NCBI GenBank assembly: GCA_036735985.1
Contig: DAINNH010000003.1
Location: forward strand, 35,297 to 99,296
DNA length: 64,000 bases
Source: Candidatus Alectryobacillus sp.
GTDB taxonomy: Bacteria; Bacillota_I; Bacilli_A; RFN20; CAG-826
Reading direction: 5' to 3'
This document shows positions 9,544 through 18,510 of this stretch, in pieces. Numbering within the stretch: the stretch's first letter is position 1; the number at the start of each line of letters is the position of its first letter. The notes beneath the pieces were generated by a model. It worked only from the letters and a program-made list of their open reading frames with translations, did no database searches and was not told where the DNA came from. The translations under genes were made by a program, and so were the position numbers.

Positions 9544-10779
9544 CTATTTATTTGCAAAATTTAACAAACCTTCTACTGTAAAAGTAAAAACCTGATCTTC
9601 TTTAGAAACATAATCATAACGATAACGCGGCGTATATAAGACTTCGCCATAACGATCAACAACACAAGGCCACAATCCTCTAATAGACTCAGGAATTTTA
9701 CAATCGATCATATATCTATTCGGAGATTTTTTACGTCCATTTACTTTAAAACTAACGCAATCACATAAAGATATTACCTTATAAGCTCTTTCGTCATCCA
9801 GTTTTAAAACATTTAATCCCAAAACATCTCTAGCTTCGGTTAAAGATAAATTAAGTCTTTGTTGTGTAGAATTTATACTAATTATTCTAAAAGTTTCATA
9901 TTCAATCGTTGCAAAAAACTCTGCAGATAGTGAATAAAATATATTTTTTCTTCCCGCCTTAATGTCCTTTAAAATCTCATTAATGAGTTTTCCTGATAAA
10001 ACTTCCTCGGAATATTTTTCACAAATAAAATATAACAAATGGAGAGCACTATCTTCATCCATTTTTTTAATGACAGTTAATTTAAGTTCTTGGTTAAGTT
10101 TAAACTCATTATATTCATCATAAATTTTTTGAAGATTATTATTATATTGTTCGATTTCAAATAACACTTTTTCTTTTTCGCTTGCTGACATTTTTTCGAC
10201 AATTTCGTGGCGAATTCTATTGCGAGTATGATCATTTTCAAAATTTGTGTAGTCAATTGAATACGGAAGATTGTTTTTTATGCAATAATCCAATAAAGTT
10301 TTTTTCTCAACACATAATAACGGTCGAATAATCTTGATATCACTAAATATAGAAATCTCAACAATTCCTTCATATTTTGATAAAGATTTGCGTTCTTTAT
10401 GAAAATAATATGTTTCAATTGAATCATCAGCATGATGAGCTGTTAAAAGCGCATATTGTTTATCACTCGCCATAATTACTCTAAAGAAATTATAGCGATA
10501 AATACGGGCTTGATTTTCAAAATCTTTATCATCTAAATGTTCGCAAATGGTTTTATATAACTTAATATTGTTTTCTGTGCAAAATTTTATTATTGTTTCT
10601 TCTTCAGAATCACTATTAGTTCGGGTTTTATAGTTTACAAAAGCAACATCAAAAGAATATCCTTGTGTCTTAAGCATCCAAAATAACGCCATTGAATCTG
10701 GACCACAAGAACAAGCTAATAAATATTTCTTTGATTTATCAAGATTTAAATCAAAATCACAATTATTGTATAAATTCAT
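9544..10779 (-). CDS. tilS: tRNA(Ile)-lysidine synthase
   Basis: PP-loop variant LLACSCGPDSMAL near the N-terminus, with TilS-like length and context (tilS-ftsH). The ATG at 10779 is preferred. The ORF-track start at 10809 is a TTG. Confidence 0.85.
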   Translation of the reverse strand: MNLYNNCDFDLNLDKSKKYLLACSCGPDSMALFWMLKTQGYSFDVAFVNYKTRTNSDSEEETIIKFCTENNIKLYKTICEHLDDKDFENQARIYRYNFFRVIMASDKQYALLTAHHADDSIETYYFHKERKSLSKYEGIVEISIFSDIKIIRPLLCVEKKTLLDYCIKNNLPYSIDYTNFENDHTRNRIRHEIVEKMSASEKEKVLFEIEQYNNNLQKIYDEYNEFKLNQELKLTVIKKMDEDSALHLLYFICEKYSEEVLSGKLINEILKDIKAGRKNIFYSLSAEFFATIEYETFRIISINSTQQRLNLSLTEARDVLGLNVLKLDDERAYKVISLCDCVSFKVNGRKKSPNRYMIDCKIPESIRGLWPCVVDRYGEVLYTPRYRYDYVSKEDQVFTFTVEGLLNFANK

Positions 10780-11005
10780 ACATTCTCTCGGCCTCTTCTG
10801 CTTTAACAAACTCTTTTATCTCTAAAACTTTTACCTTAATAACACGAGCGTTTAAATGTAAAACAATAACATCACCAACATTTACTTCACTTGAAGCTTT
10901 GGCTTGTTTTCCATTTATGTCAACACGGTTATTATCGCTAATTTCTTTAGCGATTGAGCGTCTTTTAATAAGACGTGAAACCTTTAAAAACTTATCTATT
11001 CTCAT
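10763..11005 (-). CDS. S4-domain RNA-binding protein (YabO/Hsp15-like)
   Basis: 80 aa from the ATG at 11005, starting MRIDKFLKVSRLIKRRSIAKE, a typical S4 fold start. The ATG at 11014 is also possible. Same position as B. subtilis yabO downstream of mfd. Confidence 0.75.
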   Translation of the reverse strand: MRIDKFLKVSRLIKRRSIAKEISDNNRVDINGKQAKASSEVNVGDVIVLHLNARVIKVKVLEIKEFVKAEEAERMYEFIQ

Positions 11006-14000
11006 ACACTTCATTATATAACGTAATTATCACATTAATAAGGTCAATTAATGTATCAACCCATTTTTCATCTTTCTTTAAGGTAATTTTAATATTTCCA
11101 TTAGTTAAATGAACATCAACCATACTTCCATATTTGTAAAGTTTCGAAAATAAAGTTGATCCAATACCATTAATTTCTTTAAAACTCTTTGATAAATAAA
11201 TAGAGACAATTTTCGGATATTCCTCATAATCATCAATTACAACGGATTCAAGTTTAAGTTTTAAACGTTTAATTTTAATAATTCGTTCAGTTTCGGCAGG
11301 TATTTTTCCAAATTCATCTTTAATTTTTGCCTCAGCCTTATTTAACTCTTCTTCATCTTTACAGTCATTAATAAGTTGATATATTTCAAATTTATTCTCA
11401 TCATTGGCATATTTATCTGGAATGTAACTAGAATACATAATCTTTTTATACTCTATTTTTGAAATATCACTACGAATCTCGCCTTTTTTCTCACTTATAG
11501 CTTCATTAAGAAGTTTGATATATAAATCTACACCCACATCATCAATGAAACCAGCCTGTTCAGGTCCAAGAATATCGCCGGCTCCTCTAATCATTAAATC
11601 ACGTTGAGCTATTTTGTATCCACTACCTAATTCCGTAAATTCCTTAATAGCTTTTAATCTCTTTGTTGCATCTTCATTAAAGTTTTTGTTTTTCTTATAA
11701 GTTAAATAAGCATAGGCCAATTTATCTGATCTACCAACTCTTCCTTTAATTTGATAAAGTTGTGCTAGACCAAATCTATTAGCGTTTTCAACAATAATGA
11801 GATTAGCATTTGGAACATCGATACCATTCTCGATAATAGATGTCGTTACTAATACCTGAACTTCTCCATTATAAAAATGAGTCATAATATCGTCAATAAC
11901 ATCTTTATCCATTTGTCCGTGTATAAAAGCAACAGAAGCATTTGGAATGCTTTGACGTATTTTTTCAGCTACTAATGGAATATCATCAACTTCATTATGA
12001 AGATAATATACTTGTCCTTTGCGTCCTAGCTCTCGCTTAATAATATCCATAATGATTTTTTCATTAAATTCTACAAGATATGTTTGAATAGGGGCTCTAT
12101 TCTTTGGAGGCGTGTTAATAATAGATAAAGCTTTCATACCAATTAAAGAGATTTGCAAAGTACGAGGGATTGGTGTGGCTGAAAGTGTAAGAGTGTCGAT
12201 ATTTGGAAATTTCATTTTAATCTTTTCTTTTTGCTCAACACCAAATCGTTGTTCTTCATCAATAATTAATAAACCAAGATCGTTAAAAATTAAACGATTA
12301 GAAAGAACTTTATGAGTTCCAATAATGAAATGTATTTTGCCATCTTTAACATCTCTTAAGGCGTTGCTAAACTCAGAACTAGACATAAATCTAGTCATAC
12401 AAGTTACAGCAATATCGTATTTTGAAAAACGTTCAATCGCACGTTCATAATGCTGCTTTGCTAATAATGTGGTTGGACACAGCAAAAGAACTTGTTTGTG
12501 GTTCATAATTGCTTTAAAAGCTGCTCTAAAGGCAACTTCTGTTTTTCCGAAGCCCACATCTCCACAAACCAATCTATCCATAGGATAAGGAGATTCCATA
12601 TCCTTTTTAACATCATCAATGGCGGCTTCTTGATCTTTCGTTAGTTGATATTCAAAATCGTTTTCAAACATCTTTTGAAATTCATCATCAGGTCCAAACT
12701 GAAAACCTTTAATTGAAAGCTGAGCTTTATATAATTCTGTTAATTTGTCGGCTAAAAGATTAACTCTCTCTTTTATTTTTTTCTTAGTTTTTTCCCATTT
12801 ATCCGTGAATAGTTTGGATAATTTAGGAACATAGCCTTCTTTTGAGACGTATTTGCGAACTAATCTAAATTGCTCAAGAGGCACATAAAGTGCAGCATTA
12901 CCCTCATAATTAATTTTAATAAAGTCGTTGGTTATTCCTTCAGTAGTAATTTGCTTTATGCCATCAAATTTTCCGATTCCATAATTTTCGTGAACCACAT
13001 AATCCCCAATTTCAAGTTCATCATAATTCTTTAAAACTGACGACTCTCGGAATTTGCTTGTAAACTTAGATGTTCCAAAACGAAATCCAAACAATTCTTT
13101 TTGAGTTAAAACGACAACTTTGCTTTCATATAATTCAAATCCTAACGAAATATCATCTAACCCAATAAAGATCGTATTATCAAGAAGTTGTAATAAATCT
13201 TGTTCCTTAAATATCTCTTTTAGAACATTTTCCAAATAAAACAATTTTTGTTGTTCATTATTGAAAGATAAATAAATTTTATAACCATTATTAATAAAAT
13301 TAAGAAAACTTGTTTTAACATTATGTATATTATCAGTTAAAAAAGTTGGAGTTCTTACAGCAAACACGTTCGTTGACTGTAATTGTTTATTTGAAATTAT
13401 CTTTCCACTAAAGTAAGAAATGTATCTTTCATTGTATAAAGATAGATGTGTTATGTTCTTACCACTACTCGATAAATCATATAGAAAATCTCTGGCATCT
13501 TTAATTAAATTATTATAAGAATCCTCACACTCAGATAAATCAGAAAATAATAGAGTTTTGCAGTCAAAATATGAAAATAAAGAGGCTTTTGTTTGAGAAA
13601 TAAAAGAAAAATACTTATACAATTTAGATTCTTTACTATAAGATTTCAAAGATTCAATATCTAATACTGTATTGCCCTCTAACTCCGTATTATGCGGTAG
13701 TTCTAAGTCTTTTACTAGTTGTTCTTTGATACGTTCTGTTCCGATATAAAGTTCTTCATCAGTATATAACTGTTCTGAAGCTGGAATAAATATTGCGGAA
13801 TCGATGCTTTTAAACGATTCTTGTGTGGAAATATTGAAGTTTTGTAGAGATTCTACAATAGTATCAAAGAATTCAATTCTGATTGGGTAATCATTATTAT
13901 AAGAATAGATGTCCAAAATATCTCCTCGGATAGCAAATTGTCCGGTTTTTGCGACTTTATTTACGAATTCATAACCATTATTAAGCAATTGTTTACGCAA

Positions 14001-14438
14001 AAAACTAATATTTACATCATCATTCTTTTTAATCGAAATTATGCTACTTTTGAATAATGAAACACTGGGAAAATAACGCATTACTGCAGCGATATTTGTA
14101 ATAATTACCTTATTTTTGGCTTCTAAACTACTATAAAGCCCAAAAATGCGGTCGGAAAGAATTTCAGATGAAGCCGCCGTATATTCTACCATTACTAGCT
14201 CTTCAGATGGAATATAAACAACTTTTTCTTCTCCAATAAGAGAGGCAACTTGATTTCTAATTTGTTCAGCTGCAAACAATGTTGGTGCAACAACCAAAAT
14301 GTTTTCTTTTTTTGTTTGTATAAATTCATCACAAAAATAACTGATTCCAACAACGTTATCAGTAGATAAATCCGAAAAATCAAATCGTTTTAAAGTTTGA
14401 TTTATTTGAAATCGACTAAAAAAATCGTTTAAATTCAT
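10992..14438 (-). CDS. mfd: transcription-repair coupling factor
   Basis: 1148 aa with SF2 helicase motifs (GDVGFGKTEVA, DEEQRFG) and the pth-mfd context. Confidence 0.95.
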   Translation of the reverse strand: MNLNDFFSRFQINQTLKRFDFSDLSTDNVVGISYFCDEFIQTKKENILVVAPTLFAAEQIRNQVASLIGEEKVVYIPSEELVMVEYTAASSEILSDRIFGLYSSLEAKNKVIITNIAAVMRYFPSVSLFKSSIISIKKNDDVNISFLRKQLLNNGYEFVNKVAKTGQFAIRGDILDIYSYNNDYPIRIEFFDTIVESLQNFNISTQESFKSIDSAIFIPASEQLYTDEELYIGTERIKEQLVKDLELPHNTELEGNTVLDIESLKSYSKESKLYKYFSFISQTKASLFSYFDCKTLLFSDLSECEDSYNNLIKDARDFLYDLSSSGKNITHLSLYNERYISYFSGKIISNKQLQSTNVFAVRTPTFLTDNIHNVKTSFLNFINNGYKIYLSFNNEQQKLFYLENVLKEIFKEQDLLQLLDNTIFIGLDDISLGFELYESKVVVLTQKELFGFRFGTSKFTSKFRESSVLKNYDELEIGDYVVHENYGIGKFDGIKQITTEGITNDFIKINYEGNAALYVPLEQFRLVRKYVSKEGYVPKLSKLFTDKWEKTKKKIKERVNLLADKLTELYKAQLSIKGFQFGPDDEFQKMFENDFEYQLTKDQEAAIDDVKKDMESPYPMDRLVCGDVGFGKTEVAFRAAFKAIMNHKQVLLLCPTTLLAKQHYERAIERFSKYDIAVTCMTRFMSSSEFSNALRDVKDGKIHFIIGTHKVLSNRLIFNDLGLLIIDEEQRFGVEQKEKIKMKFPNIDTLTLSATPIPRTLQISLIGMKALSIINTPPKNRAPIQTYLVEFNEKIIMDIIKRELGRKGQVYYLHNEVDDIPLVAEKIRQSIPNASVAFIHGQMDKDVIDDIMTHFYNGEVQVLVTTSIIENGIDVPNANLIIVENANRFGLAQLYQIKGRVGRSDKLAYAYLTYKKNKNFNEDATKRLKAIKEFTELGSGYKIAQRDLMIRGAGDILGPEQAGFIDDVGVDLYIKLLNEAISEKKGEIRSDISKIEYKKIMYSSYIPDKYANDENKFEIYQLINDCKDEEELNKAEAKIKDEFGKIPAETERIIKIKRLKLKLESVVIDDYEEYPKIVSIYLSKSFKEINGIGSTLFSKLYKYGSMVDVHLTNGNIKITLKKDEKWVDTLIDLINVIITLYNEVYENR

Positions 14439-14998
14439 GAACTATATTTACTCATTGCAATCTCAAAATCTTGTTTCAAAACACATTCGAGAGCACTATT
14501 TACTTTCTTGTTAGCATCATCAATTAATGGCTGCTCTAAAGCACTGAATTTAGATAATACGTAATCAACAACATCAAATTCTGGTTTCCCGATCCCAATT
14601 TTAATGCGTTTAATATCTTCTGTTCCAAGTTGATCTATTAAACTTCTTATGCCGTTGTGTCCACCGCACCCACCTTTCGGTTTAATACGAACACGACCAA
14701 CTTCCATATCCATATCATCTTGAATAACAATAATATTACTAAAATCAATTTTAAAATATTCAGCTAAAGGGCGAACCGCTTCGCCTGATTTATTCATAAA
14801 AGTTTGCGGTTTAACTAATAGGATATCTTTCCCAAATAATGACGTTTTGCAAACTAAAGCATTAAATTTTGAACTCTTAAATTCAAAATTGTGGCTTTTT
14901 GCAAAGAAATCCAATGCATTAAATCCAGTATTATGTCTTGTATTAACGTATTCATCACCAGGATTGCCAAGACCAACAATCATCAAAATCTCACTCAT
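14435..14998 (-). CDS. pth: peptidyl-tRNA hydrolase
   Basis: The sequence MSEILMIVGLGNPGDEYVNTRHNTGF is a typical Pth N-terminus. I prefer the start at 14998 because the upstream ATG at 15022 lies inside the promoter-like TATAAT. Confidence 0.9.
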   Translation of the reverse strand: MSEILMIVGLGNPGDEYVNTRHNTGFNALDFFAKSHNFEFKSSKFNALVCKTSLFGKDILLVKPQTFMNKSGEAVRPLAEYFKIDFSNIIVIQDDMDMEVGRVRIKPKGGCGGHNGIRSLIDQLGTEDIKRIKIGIGKPEFDVVDYVLSKFSALEQPLIDDANKKVNSALECVLKQDFEIAMSKYSS

Positions 14999-15040
14999 AA
15001 TAACTACTTTATTATACAACATTATTGTATAATTTTATGT
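14999..15040. promoter_or_regulatory. 42-bp divergent promoter spacer with two back-to-back -10 boxes
   Basis: Minus-strand TATAAT at 15016-15011 lies 12 nt before the pth ATG. Plus-strand TATAAT at 15028-15033 lies 7 nt before the ATG at 15041. There is no SD on either side. Confidence 0.5.
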
Positions 15041-16030
15041 ATGGAAGAAAATAAATTTGCTCAAGAAATTAATACACAAAATTCTTTTGAAGATGAAATA
15101 AACAAAAGACCCTATAAAAATCTAAAAGATTGGTTTAAATCTCTACTTTTAGGAATATTAATGGGTTTAGCTATTATTATTCCAGGAATTAGTGGTGGCA
15201 CAATCGCCATTCTTTTTAAACTATACGATAAAATGCTTTATGCTATCAGCAACATTTTAAAGAAATTTAAGTGGGCTGTTTTGTTTTTGTTGCCACTTGT
15301 CCTTGGAATTATCGCAGGATTTGCTGCTGGATTCTTCGCTATTCAGAAATTAATCGATATTGCCATGCTTGAATGTGTTTGTTTGTTTGCAGGATTAATG
15401 TTTGGTTCAATGCCAACCCTAAAAGATGAAATAAAAGGAAGCAAACCAACACCTAAAAATATCGTTTTACTAATTTTAGGTATTTGTTTTCCTTTAGCGT
15501 TAGCCATTACCTCTATATTTTTAGGCAACTCTACATCGGCTAGCAGTGAATTCACGGAATTTCCTTACTATTTATTTTTATTAATGATCCCAATTGGTTT
15601 CTTTATGGGTATTTCTCAAACTGTACCTGGAATTAGTGCCACAGCTTTTTTAATGACTATTGGAATGTATTATAAATTTATAAATACAGTCCACTTACAT
15701 TATTGGCAACAATATCCTCAAATTTTTGGTATATACGCCATTTTATTTGTATTCTTCTTATTAGGTATTTTCTTAACCTCTAAACTAGTTACTTACCTCT
15801 TGAACAAATATCATGTGCCAACCTATTATACTTTAATTGGATTTCTTATTGGATCACTTATTTGCATGTTTTATAATTCAGAAATTAATGCTTTATATAG
15901 CAAATTTCTCAGCGATTCCTCAGCGAATTTCCCTTTACATATTAGCATTGCGATACCATTATTTATTATCGGAGTAGTTTCGTCTTATATGCTCGTTGTT
16001 TATCAAAGAAAACAAAATCTTAAAAAATAA
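15041..16030 (+). CDS. DUF368-family polytopic membrane protein (family reported as an undecaprenyl-phosphate translocase)
   Basis: 330 aa from the ATG at 15041 with many TM helices and a GISGGTIAILF motif typical of DUF368. The ORF-track GTG start at 14891 is rejected because it overlaps pth on the opposite strand. Confidence 0.7.
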   Translation: MEENKFAQEINTQNSFEDEINKRPYKNLKDWFKSLLLGILMGLAIIIPGISGGTIAILFKLYDKMLYAISNILKKFKWAVLFLLPLVLGIIAGFAAGFFAIQKLIDIAMLECVCLFAGLMFGSMPTLKDEIKGSKPTPKNIVLLILGICFPLALAITSIFLGNSTSASSEFTEFPYYLFLLMIPIGFFMGISQTVPGISATAFLMTIGMYYKFINTVHLHYWQQYPQIFGIYAILFVFFLLGIFLTSKLVTYLLNKYHVPTYYTLIGFLIGSLICMFYNSEINALYSKFLSDSSANFPLHISIAIPLFIIGVVSSYMLVVYQRKQNLKK

Positions 16031-16041
16031 CTAATAATGTA

Positions 16042-16070
16042 TTGACAATAATGTCAACTAAAAGTAATAT
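16042..16070 (+). promoter_or_regulatory. promoter with palindromic operator for the TetR-ABC operon
   Basis: TTGACA (16042-16047), a 17-nt spacer, then TAATAT (16065-16070), with the ATG 6 nt later. The -35 box is half of the palindrome TTGACA-ATAA-TGTCAA (16042-16057). Confidence 0.6.
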
Positions 16071-16076
16071 TTTCTT

Positions 16077-16673
16077 ATGCCAAGAACCAGGAAACAAAAC
16101 GAAGACATAAAAAACAAACGCCGTCAGGCCATAATTTTGACTGCCCTTGATTTTTTTATTACTAAAGGTATTGATGGAACCAAAATTGATAACATTGCCT
16201 CCAAATTAGGCATATCACATGGTCTTTTTTATCATTATTATTCAAATAAAAACGATTTATTAAAGGACGTTATTATATATTCACGTAGTGTTATTTTTAA
16301 AAACATCGATCTTGATGAAAAAGATCCTGAAAAATACATTTCTAATATGACCAAAAATTTTACAAATCTTCTTAAAGATAAAAACGACGCCCGAACATTA
16401 TGTTTTTTCCTAGATTTGTCTTACAACACCTATTTAAATACAATCTTTAAGGACGTAAAGCCTGAAAAAAATTATGTTGACCAACTGAAAGATTCATTTA
16501 ATGAATTAGAACACGAAAACAGATTGACTGTTGCTTCAGGTAAAGAAGCTTTCTTCATATATATAAATTTCTTTATTGGTTATTCAAAAGTAACCCAAAA
16601 CCATGAAGGAAAAAGGCCAATTGTATTATCATGTAACACTATAAACTCGTTATTTATTAAGGTAGGTGTATAA
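16077..16673 (+). CDS. TetR/AcrR-family transcriptional regulator
   Basis: 198 aa with an N-terminal HTH, ALDFFITKGIDGTKIDNIASKLGISHGLFYHYYSNKNDLL. Confidence 0.85.
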   Translation: MPRTRKQNEDIKNKRRQAIILTALDFFITKGIDGTKIDNIASKLGISHGLFYHYYSNKNDLLKDVIIYSRSVIFKNIDLDEKDPEKYISNMTKNFTNLLKDKNDARTLCFFLDLSYNTYLNTIFKDVKPEKNYVDQLKDSFNELEHENRLTVASGKEAFFIYINFFIGYSKVTQNHEGKRPIVLSCNTINSLFIKVGV

Positions 16674-16676
16674 AAT

Positions 16677-18509
16677 ATGTTCAAATTATTTAAATTTTTA
16701 TTAAGAAAATGGCCTTATGTTATTCTTATTATTGCTTGTGTAATAACACAATGTTATTTACAATTATCAATTCCTGAATATATGGGTAAAATTCAACAGT
16801 TAATTGTTGATCAAACCATTTCACAAGAATCTAAAATAACACAGATATGGCAAAATGGCGGCTTGATGTTAGGTTATGCTGTTGGAGTTTTTGCTTGTGC
16901 CGGTCTTACTTGTTATTTAGCGGCGGCAGTTTCAAGTTATATTGGTGGTGCTCTCCGTGAAGATGTTTTCAAAAAAGTTATTAATATGGATCTATCAACC
17001 TATTCAAAGTTTGGTACTGAAACATTAATTACACGCACAACAAATGATATTGAACAAGTTAAAAGTTTTTGGTTAATGGCCGTAAGAATAATGGTTATGT
17101 CTCCAACCACAATGATAATTGCTCTTGTAAAAACGCAACGAATCGCGAGTAATTTAACTATTGTTCTATTTTTATCAATACCATTAGTGTTGATTGTTTT
17201 TGTTCTATTATTTGTTTTAGGTGGTCCTTTATTTGGAAAAATTCAAAAGAAAATTGATAATATTACGTTAGTTCTCCGTGAATCCTTAACAGGCATTCGT
17301 GTTATTCGTGCTTATAATCAACAGAATAATGAAACTAAGAAATTTGATGATGTAAATAAAGACCTAACCAAAACTCTCCTTCGTGTTGGACACATTATGG
17401 CCTGGGGAAACCCCGCTGTTAATCTAATTTTTGATGTCTGCTGTATGGGTATTTATGCTTGGGGTTTTGCTTCTTTATCAAACATGAATTTTGGCCCTGA
17501 ATTTGGCACCGCTTTATCCAGTATTGCCATTGTCGTGCAGTATGCTTCTAATATTATGATTGCTTTTCTTATGTTTGCGATGGTCTTTATTAATTTGCCG
17601 CAAGCAAGCGCTTCAGCTAAAAGAATTAATGAAATTCTAGATTCTGGCAAAAAGGAAGATAAAAATTCAATTAATAGTTTAGAGAACAAAACACCATTAC
17701 TTAATGATGAAAAAGTATCCGGTTTAATTGAATTTAAGAATGTTACTTTTCAATATCCAGACTCTGATAGCCCGTGTGTCAAAGATTTAAATTTCGTTGT
17801 TAAGCCAGGAACAGTAAACGCAATAATCGGATCTACTGGCAGCGGGAAATCGTCAATTATTAATTTAATTCCACGCTTTTATGAGCCAACCAGTGGTGAA
17901 ATATTATTTGATAATGTTAACATTAACGATATAAATAAAGACGACCTTAGAAAAAGAATTGGTTTTGTTCCACAAACTGCTCTTTTATTTTCAGGAACTA
18001 TTAAAGAAAATATTAAAATGGGGAACCCTGATGCGAGCGATAAAGAAATCATGGAAGCATTAGATGTCGCACAAGCTTCTCACTTTATTTCAAAAACTGA
18101 AAAAGGAATAGATTCTTTTGTTTCGCAATCCGGAAAAAATTTCTCTGGTGGGCAAAAACAAAGACTCGCAATTGCTCGTGCAATAATTCGTAAACCTGAA
18201 TTATTCGTTTTTGATGATTCTTTTAGTGCCCTTGATTTTAAAACTGATATTAAACTACGTTTAGCCTTAAAGAAATATATAAATCCAACAGCTTCCATTA
18301 TTATTGTTGCACAAAGAATTTCAACTATTATTAATGCTGATAATATTATTGTTTTAAACAACGGGAAAATTGTTGCTCAAGGAAAACATAAGGAATTATT
18401 AAGGAATTGCAGCGTTTATCAAGATATTGTCAAATCTCAACTTGATCCAGACGAAATCGAAAAGACGATTAAATTATCGAGCAACACAGTTGCTGAAGGA
18501 GGTAAATAA
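16677..18509 (+). CDS. ABC exporter half-transporter (TMD-NBD), degenerate-site subunit
   Basis: 610 aa with 6 TM helices and an NBD. Walker A is GSTGSGKSS and the signature is FSGGQKQRLAIARA. Walker B is LFVFDDSFSALD, with Asp in place of the catalytic Glu. Confidence 0.9.
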   Translation: MFKLFKFLLRKWPYVILIIACVITQCYLQLSIPEYMGKIQQLIVDQTISQESKITQIWQNGGLMLGYAVGVFACAGLTCYLAAAVSSYIGGALREDVFKKVINMDLSTYSKFGTETLITRTTNDIEQVKSFWLMAVRIMVMSPTTMIIALVKTQRIASNLTIVLFLSIPLVLIVFVLLFVLGGPLFGKIQKKIDNITLVLRESLTGIRVIRAYNQQNNETKKFDDVNKDLTKTLLRVGHIMAWGNPAVNLIFDVCCMGIYAWGFASLSNMNFGPEFGTALSSIAIVVQYASNIMIAFLMFAMVFINLPQASASAKRINEILDSGKKEDKNSINSLENKTPLLNDEKVSGLIEFKNVTFQYPDSDSPCVKDLNFVVKPGTVNAIIGSTGSGKSSIINLIPRFYEPTSGEILFDNVNINDINKDDLRKRIGFVPQTALLFSGTIKENIKMGNPDASDKEIMEALDVAQASHFISKTEKGIDSFVSQSGKNFSGGQKQRLAIARAIIRKPELFVFDDSFSALDFKTDIKLRLALKKYINPTASIIIVAQRISTIINADNIIVLNNGKIVAQGKHKELLRNCSVYQDIVKSQLDPDEIEKTIKLSSNTVAEGGK

Positions 18510-18510
18510 T

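Noticed and set aside
14891-15040. ORF-track N-terminal extension (GTG start) of the DUF368 gene, overlapping pth on the opposite strand.
   Set aside because: The extension has no family similarity and overlaps the pth coding region and both promoter boxes. The ATG at 15041 gives a sensible N-terminus.
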